A DNA stretch of 64,000 nt from Basidiobolus meristosporus CBS 931.73 (Eukaryota > Fungi > Basidiobolomycota): contig MCFE01000168.1 in the NCBI GenBank assembly GCA_002104905.1, positions 81,672 through 145,671 of the forward strand, written 5' to 3'. Under the pieces are notes generated by a model, which had not been told where the DNA came from, did not search any database, and saw only the letters and a list, made by a program, of their open reading frames with translations. Numbering within the stretch: the stretch's first letter is position 1; every line of letters starts with the position of its first letter. Of the stretch, positions 11,801-22,744 are shown piece by piece. The translations under genes were made by a program, and so were the position numbers.

Positions 11801-13410
11801 TTATTTATTCTTAGAACTGGGACTCACGGCTGATCCGCTATTCCAAATTCATGCAAGACCTCATTGAGCCGGCATTCAGGCTAAGTCCAGCTAGCTCTGA
11901 AAGCAATCAAGGCTACTCCGAAGTAGATGGTAGCAATTTATTACATATGTATCGTATTCAGCCCAATTTTCTGATGTCATCCGTAGCAAAGCAGTGTATT
12001 CTCGACACATACAAGATTCTCTCCGGCCTTGTAGAGTCGATACGAACCGAAGGGTTTAATCCCAAGCGCGTACTTTTCGAAAGTTTGAGCGCTTTTCTTC
12101 CTTTGACAATAGAATATCTCGAGCTTTACATGCGAGAATATGGTAAATTTCCGAATTGCTACGCTTGTTGGACTTGTTCGTTGATGTTTTCAAAGACGTC
12201 CTGAGGGAAATCCTAGGCTTCCTGGTGGCTTTGTTCGACTCTTTGACTAAAGAAATCGGCATGGGATACGTCGGTGATGTAGCTATCATTCTCTTAGGAC
12301 CGTTTACACGAGATCAAATGGCTGCACTCTTAATGGATCGTGATAACTACGGCATTGGGGTTGTCAACATGTATAGTATTCATGGATGATGTTACGATAT
12401 AGCATTCATTAAAATCTCTTCATCTAGGTCCTTGAAAGTGCTGATCAAAGTAGTCGAGATTTGCGCCAGTAAATCCACCAAGTCGATCATCCCCGCTGTC
12501 ACGACTATGTGCCTGGAGAAAATGTACCCGGTGATTCTTGCTAGCCAACAGGTAACAGATGAAGAGGGTTGGTACACAATTATTCTGTGAGACTAAATAT
12601 TTGCGTGTAGTATGTTGGCGCCGAGTATGTCAAGCCGTACTTTTACCAACTCATATTCACACTCTTGTACGAGAATTTCGGTCTCTTCTTCCCATCTTCG
12701 AAGCCGAATTGGTTGACCGACTGGAGGAAAAACGACGGCTCCATAACCGATGAAAATCTGAAGAGGCTCTTTGAGGTAAATCATGATAAGTATTTGTAGC
12801 ATTCATGATCTCACCTTGCACTATTCAGATTATCACACAATCCTTCAGTAGCTCCAATCCATACATAATCAATCAGAATTTGAGAGCTCTGGAGACCCTT
12901 AATGAAACACATGGATTATTTGACAAGGTAGGCACAGATGCTCCTCCACCGGATTTGATTTATTTACCATCTCCATTCATAGGAACTATTTCAAAATGAG
13001 CTACTAAGGCCATTCCTGATTGCATTATTCACTCTACTCATGAATAGACCGCAGGAACATCTGAAGAAGGACATAATAGAGTTGGTCTGTAAGATGATCA
13101 CATCAAAGTACGAGATGTTCTCACTTGAGGTAGGAGGTTTCCATTTCTCATGGATTTCTGCATAATTCTAATTGAGAGTAATGCCTGCAGTTCCTGCCAG
13201 AATTCCTGGCCACGCGGACTGACATAAGTCAACGAGACCGTGAGAAACTATTAAGCCTTTTTCCAGAGAACAGGGTACATCTGATGATGCGTCACAGCTC
13301 TGGTGTCCGGTACTAATCTCACGATTGTTCAATAGGATCCAGCAAATAATCTGAAAGCACTCTACACATTTGTTCACGATGCTAGTTATTACCAGAAATC
13401 ACTCATCTAG
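8880..13410 (+). CDS. XPO6: Exportin-6-like importin-beta family karyopherin, multi-exon
   Basis: Spliced reading: M|GFNTIRNLEVILHRCFD...ERKEA|ESALSKH...|NSVLAKWNNLKNTVKKEIRDFF...KIALLDWPHNF...SEFASKRPNTTDKRKQEI...SEKVCKFSLKVLTQLVPWL...LAILAMECLNKIM. The C-terminus reads QSFSSSNPYIINQNLRALETLNETHGLF...FLPEFL...FVHDASYYQKSLI* (TAG 13408-13410). These blocks parallel animal XPO6 as recalled. Internal exon boundaries are only partly resolved. Confidence 0.8.
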
Positions 13411-13699
13411 CTTGAAGTGTACTGTAAATACTTTTAACTCCGTGCTCGCTTAATACCTGTAATTTTCCTCCGTTTGGTTTACCATTAACTTTGGATACCA
13501 TTTCCCTACCAGAAGTTACCACTCCTTAACCCACACGTTTACCTTTATTGCTATATTTCACAGATATAGATATCTAACCTCTAGAATTGCTCATTTGCCA
13601 ATAAACATCGGGCTGGCGAACAGCAAGTAGTAGAAACAACATGAAGTCGTTGATGGAGAATGCAATGATCAAGCAGTATAGGGTGCCGTCTACTCTGAC

Positions 13700-15001
13700 T
13701 TAGAAGTCATTGACAACCTGAAGGCAACGATTTTTGAAATAGTCACACCTTTCATCGGATTTTGAATTGAACATCTTTACCAAAGAATTCGAATTCTCCT
13801 CACTCTCCCTATGATGAAGAATGTTAGCTGGACCAAACTCGAAAAATCAGCCTAGGCATAAGAACCATTACCAGGCCACTTTCACCCCTTCAGAATCTAG
13901 TAAGCGACTGCATGTAGACCAGCTAAAACGTATGATGTTGGGATAACCAAACACTGGATCAAGGTTGCTTTGAAGCCAGGCAACAGTTTTGGGATCTGGG
14001 GAAATAATTGAGGTCAGATCTTTGTTGACGTTTAGGCCACCAAATCACACCACGCACCTGACGGATATCCAGAACCAAATTCTCTAGACACGTTCTCTAT
14101 ACCGGATTCTGCAAAGACCCAGTCTTTCAGGACGTGATCTCGAGTAACCTGGATAGTTGGGAGTGAGCTTTTCTAGATGTTATGGATTCACTCTTACAAA
14201 AATGAGTATTACCTTCGCGCATATACTGGCGGCACTAACAATAGGATATAAGCTATCCGCCTTTTTGGCTACAGTGATTTGGATGGCAGGAAAGATTTCT
14301 TGTAATTTACGTTGGTAAGCATCAGGCGGTCCAACAGTATCGATATACACCTAGAATAGGTGAGCTTCTAATTCCCCAATAATTCCCACATTCTTGCCAA
14401 TTACCTCAGTTACATTGACTCCCTTCTTCAATGTATCTCTAATCAACTGAATAGTAGTATCGTGAGCCTGCGAGTTTAGATTATATTTACTCCTACAAGG
14501 AAACCTTTAGCTTCTAGCAAAGAAATCAAGTGCTCGAGCGGAGTATTTACTTTCCTAGCATTCCGTGAGAGATGTCCTGTGGCGAGAGGACTCGGACACT
14601 CCAGCCGATGAACTCGGAATTCTCATTTATGAGAGCTAGGTGTTCTTCACGCTTCTCTTCTATCAGGGTTTTTGAATCTGCCACAACGGAACCTTTTAAT
14701 GGAACGCTCGTGCGGTCTTACATGAGCCTTTGGTCTTACCAACAAAACCCAACTCCTCTATTTTTTCTTTCATGGACAAAGGACAATAGCATATACCATA
14801 CACCATTGGACCTATACAGAGAAACACTGAGTCGGTTTGACGTCCTATATCCTATTCAATAATATTATTACCCAAAACTGGGCCTCTTCCGGCCTCATCC
14901 ACCCCTAGAATGCAGGGGATTTTTGCTTCCCGTTGAACTATCTCGGGAGGAGGAGTAGCATAGGTATACGACTTCAACAGTGGTCCTTCGGGGAGTAACA
15001 T
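13700..15001 (-). CDS. RNH201: Ribonuclease H2 catalytic subunit A, multi-exon (not represented in the ORF track)
   Basis: Read on the minus strand: MLLPEG...[14 protein letters not shown]; [21 protein letters not shown]...[21 protein letters not shown]|TRD; FGSGYPS; [16 protein letters not shown]; ends [16 protein letters not shown]. Confidence 0.95.
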
Positions 15002-15699
15002 GGTTCAGAAATGCAGAAAAATATGAAAGAAATTGGGTGGAATTAGAATGCTACATAAAAGCAGTCCTAATCAAAACAACAGTTATTTGGGATATGTAAA
15101 TATAGAGTGGATGGTAATCCGGAAGATACCAAGTGTTCGAAAATAAAATATTATGCTATATCTCACACCGCTCACCATTCGTATTCTGGAATTTCTAAAT
15201 CAGCTGATTGTGGGAAACCGTCGATTTTATTACTCCGGGTCTATACCGAAATCCACGTAAGTCGAAGTGACCTTGACTCACACATTAGTATGAAATGTTT
15301 GACCTCGTGGTACCTTGATAGAGACCACGATTGTCTCTATTGGGTAGTATGTTTTTGATAGTGTATAGATAAATATGGTTGTCATGATAAAGGATGGTAA
15401 AATTGCGTTAGTAGGTGAGAATTTCTATATTAAGGAGGGATCAGAGAAACGGCAGAATTATTGATTGGATGTACGTCAGATAAGCTACTTCCAATCAAAC
15501 TCCGAGAGGCAACCACAGCCACTTAAAGTTTCCAGAACCACATCACGTGTGTGATAGAGCAAACGGCTATCCGAGTATTGATGGTAGGCCCCAGAGAAAT
15601 GAAGAGATTTAGGGAAAATGCTCATAAAGTTCGAAGAGTTCCATTGCTGTATCATCTCTCTTTTACTTTCGATTTAGCTATAGAAATAGAGATACAATC

Positions 15700-17221
15700 A
15701 TGAACGCCTTTAATGCTCTTCGTTTGTTAGTCAACCCTGTTAGTAAATCATTGTCCGTTGGTAGAGGTCTATCTGTTCGTGCTTTATCCAACACTGCTTC
15801 CAGAAGCTTCGCTACTGCTGAGAACGAATCGATAAAGAAAGATGCACAAACCGCTGAGGGTCTTTCAGCCGCCGCTATCCACTCCAACGGCCCAGCCCGT
15901 AATGACTGGACTAGAGAAGAGATTCAGGCTATCTATGATTCTCCATTTTTAGATCTTCTTTTCCACGCTGTAAGTATTTTCTCGGAAAGGTAGACTAAAA
16001 AGAAGAACTGACTTATGGAAAACTTCATAAATATCTAGGCCAAAGTTCATCGTGCCAACTTCAACCCTCGTGAGGTGCAGCAAGCCACCTTGTTAAGCAT
16101 CAAGACTGGTGGCTGTAGTGAAGACTGTTCCTACTGCCCTCAATCTTCTCGTCATGAAACTGAGGTGAAGGCTTCCAAGTTACTGGAGCGTGACGTTGTT
16201 CTTGATGCTGCTCGCAAGGCCAAGAATGCCGGAAGTACCCGCTTCTGTATGGGTGCTGCCTGGAGAGAGGTTGGTGGGAAAAAAACCAACTTCAACAATA
16301 TATTAGATTACGTAAAAGAGATCAGGTATTGGGTTGATTTTTCATGTGATAGTCATACAGCTCTGACCTGGTTTGAACTTCATTAGAGGAATGGGTATGG
16401 AGGTCTGTTGTACTCTCGGAATGTTGGACGAAGCTCAAGCCAAGGCCTTGAAAAATGCTGGCCTCACCGCTTATAACCATAACCTTGACACATCCAGAGA
16501 ATACTACTCCAAGGTACTGTTGTGACGTCAACGTATGTTACACATGCATGGTAATCTGATTCCATAATAGATCATCACTACTCGTACCTACGATGAGCGT
16601 CTCGAGACCATTGCTCGTGCTCGCGAAGCTGGTATCTCTGTATGTTCAGGTGGTATTATTGGACTCGGAGAATCCGAGGATGACCGAGTTGGTTTGCTTA
16701 CTACCCTAGCAACTCTTCCTGCTCACCCCGAGAGTGTCCCAATCAATGCCCTTCTCGCGGTTAAAGGAACTCCATTAGAAAACCAAGAGGTAAAGATGAT
16801 TCAATGATCGTATTCCCTTCGACCTCATTCATAACTATTGTCTGTTTAGCCTGTCAAAATATGGGATATGGTTAGAATGATCTCCACTGCTCGTATTGTC
16901 ATGCCCAAATCCATGGTTCGCTTGTCTGCCGGTAGAGTTCGGTTCTCTCAGCCTGAGCAAGCACTTTGCTTCTTTGCAGGGGCCAACTCAATCTTCACTG
17001 GCGACAAGCTGCTGACTACACCCAACAACGAATTCACTGATGATCAACTCATGTTCCAAACCCTTGGTAAGTCGTATCTCCCCTCTGGTGATACAAATCT
17101 AGTATGCTTACACTTCTGAAAAGGTCTCGTTCCCAAGCCCCCCAAATTCGAACAAAGCTCATGCAGCGGAGGCTGCAGCCACTCTGACGCTGAGCCAAAA
17201 CAGGCCGATGCTGCCAATTGA
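15700..17221 (+). CDS. BIO2: Biotin synthase (radical SAM), multi-exon, with a mitochondrial-type presequence
   Basis: [16 protein letters not shown]; [20 protein letters not shown] (CxxxCxxC); RFCMGAAWR; YNHNLDTS; [11 protein letters not shown]; [10 protein letters not shown]; RLSAGR; [16 protein letters not shown]. Confidence 0.98.
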
Positions 17222-17912
17222 ACAGTGACAGTTTCATAAATGTAAAAGCACATCTGTACACAATTCATTTTACTGTGTCATCCCAATTTATCATCCCACA
17301 TCATTTAGTACAATCATTCATTTCTCTCCAATATAATCGAAAGCTCCGCCGTTTATTTAACTTATCATGTACCTTGGCTGTGGTCGAAAAAAGTGAAATA
17401 AATAAACCGCAGGTATTCTCGGATCCGATGCTCTGATGTAATAGTCAAATTAATGAGGCTTATTCTGGAATCCTGAAGACTGTCATGTGTTACCTCTCTC
17501 GTCGCTATGAATGTTGCCTGGAAAATACCGAAACGCCGTCTGGTGGTCCGGAGTCCAAAAAAAGTCAAATTAATTTTGGTCAATCATCAATTTATGCTAT
17601 ATTGGGGCCAAGAGTTTTCACAGCCTTGGTTCACTAACCAAGGTCCTCACGTCACCAGTGCAATGATTCAGTTAGCAATCCGCTTCTTCCCCACACTGAT
17701 CGCTATCGCATTGAAGGTGGAGTCAAATGTAGGAGATTAGACAGTTCCCATTGATTAACAATAATTAACTCATGCGATATTGTTGACATATGCGCTATTG
17801 TTGATTTGCAGCTCTTTTGTGAGCGTCCATCAACCTGATTGTGAAGGCGCCAGAGGTGTATTTAAGGCCACTCTCTGCGAGGTGATTTTCCAAAGTTCAG
17901 TCGTTCTCTCCC

Positions 17913-19236
17913 ATGGCCAGCATTAGGAATACCTGTCTTTTACTTTGGACATCCCTTGTGATATTTGCATCTGGTCACACAGCCCAGATCAATGTCAACC
18001 TTCCCAGATCACTAAGCTCAAAGCCGAGCGTTTGCACGAGCACGCTCATTGCAAATGGGAACCTCATCGACACCAAGACCAAGAAATCCTGGCTGGCAGA
18101 TATCCTAGTCAGAGACGGGCGTGTGGCGGCGATCAAAAAGGCTGGGTCAATCCCTAAACACCTTGCTTCCCAGGTGGTCGATGCCACAGGGCTATTCGTT
18201 ACTCCTGGTCTAGTGGACCTTCATACCCATATTTACTGGGGGGCCACATATTGGGGAATAGAGGCTGATCCTGTAGCTGCGCGAAGTGGGGTTACGACCT
18301 GGAATGACGCTGGTAGCAGTGGCGCATATACTTTTCCCGGACTACGTAAATTCGTAATCAACCAAACCCGTGCGAGGGCTTTCGTGTTCCTTAATATTGC
18401 CGCGCAAGGGTTGACCTCGCGCATCTTACGAGTTGATCAAGGCCAGTGATGTGGCTGATGTGGAGCTGGCGCTATGGACAATTGGTAACAATACTGATGT
18501 TATCAAAGGAATCAAAGTGCGGATGGATTCCGATGCAACCTCCGGCTCAGGTTTAGAGGGGTTGAAGCGGGCTCGCCAGGTTGCTGACAAGACGAAGCTT
18601 CCCATCATGGTCCACATCGGTCATACTCCTCCTGTAATTGAAGATATCGCAGAATACCTCGGCAAAGGCGACATTTTGACCCATTGTTTCAATGGACATG
18701 AGAATCGTTTAATAGACAATAGCGGAAAATTACGGCCAGTTGTCCATACGTTGAAGAGTAAAGGAGTCCATTTTGACATTGGCCATGGCGGCGGTAGCTT
18801 TGACTACACTGTGGCTGAAAAGATGATTGCTGACGGCTTCATGCCCGATTCGGTGAGCTCTGATTTACACCAGATCTCTACTCTCGGTAGTGCACAAGAT
18901 CTCCCGACCGTTCTTTCCAAGTTACTCAACCTCGGGATTCCTCTGGAAGAGCTTATCGCCAAGGCTACTTTGGTTCCAGCAAGAATCATTGGTCATCCCG
19001 AACTTGGCCGTCTACAGGTGGGTGGCCCGGCGGATATAGCCATTTTCCGTCTTGAGCATGGTCAATTTCATTTCACCGACAATGCGGGGAATAAACGCAA
19101 TGGTACCATGAGAATTGTAAATACTCACACATTCAGGGATGGCATACCCATGCCACACGTTGAGGCCGAGCCTGCTGCTTCCTGGGCGATTAGGGATGCT
19201 GGTGTGGTGTCTGGAGTGAAGCCTCCAACTATGTAG
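17913..19236 (+). CDS. Amidohydrolase-superfamily metallohydrolase (COG3964/PRK09237-like deacetylase or dihydroorotase-like), intronless, with an N-terminal signal peptide and one frameshift at about 18423-18426
   Basis: ORFs 17913-18449 and 18433-19236 join into about 440 aa if one base is removed. Metal-site motifs: PGLVDLHTH (HxH), GVTTWNDAGS, GIKVR (carbamylated Lys position), MVHIG, DILTHC, FDIGHG and SSDLH. Confidence 0.85.
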
Positions 19237-19412
19237 CCAACCCTCTCGATCTGATATCATCAATATACCCTAACCAAAAAGTGAATCTTCGTGGACAACT
19301 TTATGTAATTTCTGTTGTGCTGAATGAACCTCCACACCTTAGTGTCATACATAAGAATGTCTATACACTAGTCTGTCAAAATAATAAACGTAAATATTAC
19401 ATGTGTACAATG

Positions 19413-20211
19413 CTAGAGGTAGCCTTTCCCGTGGCACACTGAACAAACAGATGGCGCCAGGGTGTTGGCTAGGCTAGATATGATGGAGAATTGATTGGGA
19501 CGGTTTTGGCCTAAACCCGAACGGATTAGTTACTCGAATTCAGCAAAGTTTGGTGGTACTCTGTGTATCTCACTTACCCTGACACTTGTAGCATGGTCGG
19601 CCTTTAACAACATAAACGCCGGGCGCAATCATGGTTCCTGGCTGGTTGGCAGCTGAGTTGATTAATTGTTGTCCATACGGACAGTGTGTGCAGAGCTTTC
19701 CTGGTCGTTTCCAACCGCGATTGTCACAGTAGCCACATACGAAGTTAGGATTGAACGGTCCAGTTGGTGGAACGATTGAGTAACTGCCGGGTCTTATCTG
19801 GTTGTATCCAGCTATAGGCTGTTGAGGGGCTGAGGGCCACTGCTGCGGATATTGCGGAAAAGGTATTGGTGGAATGCTGGGCTGTATGGCAGTGTTATGT
19901 GGAGGGTTGGCGAGGTAGCCGTTTGGCGTTATTGGCCTATATAGATTACTACCAGGGGAATAATAGGACGTAGTTGAGGTTGAAGGCCCCGGTTGGTAGT
20001 TTTGTTGAAAGGCTTGTGTTCGAGGAGGTTGAAACTGAGGGTTAGCTTGCGGGGATGCATTTCCGTATGGCGAGGGTGTGGCTAAATTTGGGCGCACACC
20101 TTGGTCTGCAATAATTTCATGCTGTTCAGGGAAACGTGTGTATGGCGGAGGTGGCTCAGAAGGTGTTGTTTCGTCATTCAGATCTTGGGAGAGTTGCTGG
20201 TTTGTATTCAT
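19413..20211 (-). CDS. Pro/Gln-rich protein with a PPPY motif and four CxxC pairs (Hua1-like, DnaJ-type Zn-finger); intron 19511-19577
   Basis: EPPPPYTRF; CGYCDNRG, CTHC, CYKCQG|GQ and, after splicing, CSVCHGKGYL* (TAG at 19413-19415). Confidence 0.75.
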
Positions 20212-20540
20212 GACTTCAAGTTCATAATTTTTGGGATTCTGACTTTGTTATATCTGCGAAAGCATGCGTTGACTAATTAGGACAATGCCAAGCATGGCTT
20301 GTGTATCCACGTGATCCAAGGTCACGTGGATCTATTGTTGGTGTAAATTGAATTCTCGAAGATCAAGGACTTTGGATTTAATATCGATTGTATCTACATA
20401 CAGTACATTGGCCGTGTATGATGGGTGAATGAGTATAATAGAGATAGGTTAAATGCCAAGTGAACAGTTGGAGAGAGGAGATATGCAAAAGAGAACAAAG
20501 AAGTGGTTGGTATAGTGAAATTCTATATGGGGCCAACTTG

Positions 20541-22224
20541 TTAGATCTGGCGAACCAACACCTGCATCTTTCTAAGAACAGCAACAAAAACGCCGGCGGC
20601 AAGGATCGTCGAGAACCCTGCTACCATGGAGAAGGCATATGGGTTGTCCTCATAGAAAGAGGTCAAATTCATACCAAAGAGACAGGCCACAAACGAACCT
20701 GCCCCCAATCCAAGTGTTCCCATGGTGATTTTCAGTTCAAGTAAGAGTAGGTTGTTCCGCTGAGAATCGAGTATAATATTAACAATATCCTCGGTGGTTT
20801 TTGTATTAGCGCTGACTGCTGCGACTGTATTCGCAATTTCCTCCACTTGCTTTAGGTAAGTCTCCAACAAAAGCTCCACATCGTCGCTTTGCGACGCTAG
20901 GTTCTGCAGGCCTTCTTTTTTGGCTGTCAAATACATGGCCTCCAGATCCTCATCTAAATCGCCGCTTATCAATACTCTGCACGAATGCTCCAGTAAACAG
21001 GCTGGGTACATACCTTGCTCTAGCACTTCTAAGATGGCATCTCTAATGTTCAAGGTACGCTGTTCAAATTTGGAAAGGCGCTTAGAGTACTGCAATAATT
21101 CTTTCAGCTTGTCTCTGTCGATGGACTCTTCTAGATACGAGAGTAGATTGGTGACCAAGCTAACAAGCACCTCCATCTCGCTTTGCAACGAGCTAACCAC
21201 GCTAATCATTATCGCTTCCAGTGCCCTGAAAATAACCTGTCGTTAGCGCGATTCTCCTGAAAGTCCCGAATATAAAATACCTGAATTCGAAGGCGAGTTG
21301 GTGATCTTTATTGCTCTGCGCGCTTAGTCGTTCCTGCAGGTCGTAGATGAAAATCGATTGATTGTAACTATCGCTGGATCCATATGAATCGAACAACACG
21401 ACTGCATCCGCTTTGATCAACGCTCTGATGTGAGCAAGGTGAACCAGAATGGCCTCTTTGCGCACCAAGATGGCTGGCATTTGATTCACGAAATTACTAT
21501 CGATCTTGAAAACGTACAGGCCGATACTTCATTAGAATCTTTCACGCTTGCATCATTCCATGTGACATGATCTTTACCTTTCTAAGGTCACGCGCCTTTG
21601 AATTGAAACCAAGCAAGAAATCGCGTATATAAGTATGCAGACAAGAAAAGGAGAGACTGGATGGCCGGACACTATACCTGTAGTCCATGCTGTTTTGGAT
21701 TGTGAGAAAACATCCGGGTTTAGTAGGGGAGTCGAGGGGACGCTCACGAAAACGAACATCGTACCTGAGTACACAATTCGAGCTTTGAAAATTCACCAGC
21801 TGTGATTTTTACGTTTCCTCTATGGTCAAATTCTGTACCTTGAATATGGTGTGAACAAAAGAATCTTTAAGAAAGCCGGTATTCGAGTCACTATACATTT
21901 CAGCTTCAGCTCGTTAGCCTGGTTACTGGCAGGGGTAGGTATAGGTCTAACTGGGAGGTTTCGTCTATATGTCGTTTTAGCAGAAAAGAAGGAGGTGTCG
22001 GGGCGGGAGTAATTGGCCGTGCGTTGCTTTTGTGCTTGCAAGATGCGTCCGAGCATCGTTTGCGGTCTTTTGGAACGATCGGCAGAGAAGAAGGAGCGAG
22101 ATGCTGCACACGAGGTTCTAGCAGAAAGGAATACCGTTTGTGCACTGGCTGGCCCATATCGGCCCATAGGCTTTGCCCAGCATGTAACTTGACTAGTGAA
22201 AGTAGTCCGTAGGACTTTAAACAT
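20541..22224 (-). CDS. MRS2: Mitochondrial Mg2+ channel, Mrs2/Lpe10 (CorA family), multi-exon
   Basis: PAILVRKEAILVHLAHIRALIKADAVVLFD; LAFEFRALE; ELLLETYLKQVEE; ILDSQRNNLLLLELK; LFGMNL (GMN signature) followed by a TM helix; presequence-like N-terminus. Confidence 0.95.
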
Positions 22225-22744
22225 GAAGCTTACTTTGAGGAATAAGGCAGGCCAGTTGGTAAAAGAAGATATGTGGGAGTATTAGGATGTGTCCTCTGAA
22301 AGTATGTACAGAGAATCACTGAGTGTGCTGTCCAAAACAAGTCCGTACAAAGTAAACTCTCGTCCAAAATAATATATAGCCAAATGTTAGCCGTCTTCAC
22401 AATCCGATTTGTAGCTTTGGACCAGAAGATAAGTTTTTTCGGACGATTTTTTTGTTCAACCTTCTGCGGATTAATCAAACCTTAGGGAAACTAGTCATAA
22501 ATATTGCTCATCAATTTGCGGGTCCACATACTCGTATTCAGCTGGAGGGAGTACACGTTTGCCGAAAACCAATGTATTCTCGAATAGATGTCACGTTACT
22601 CACCTTGATTTGGAATTCCGATAACCTCGAGCTCTCGGATGATGAATACCAAATGGCTGTCAAGCTCCGCGACAGGTACTTTAAATACCAAGGTGTCATA
22701 CTCATAAAATCTAATCTTGTTCAGCATTGGATAAGCTCCCCATA

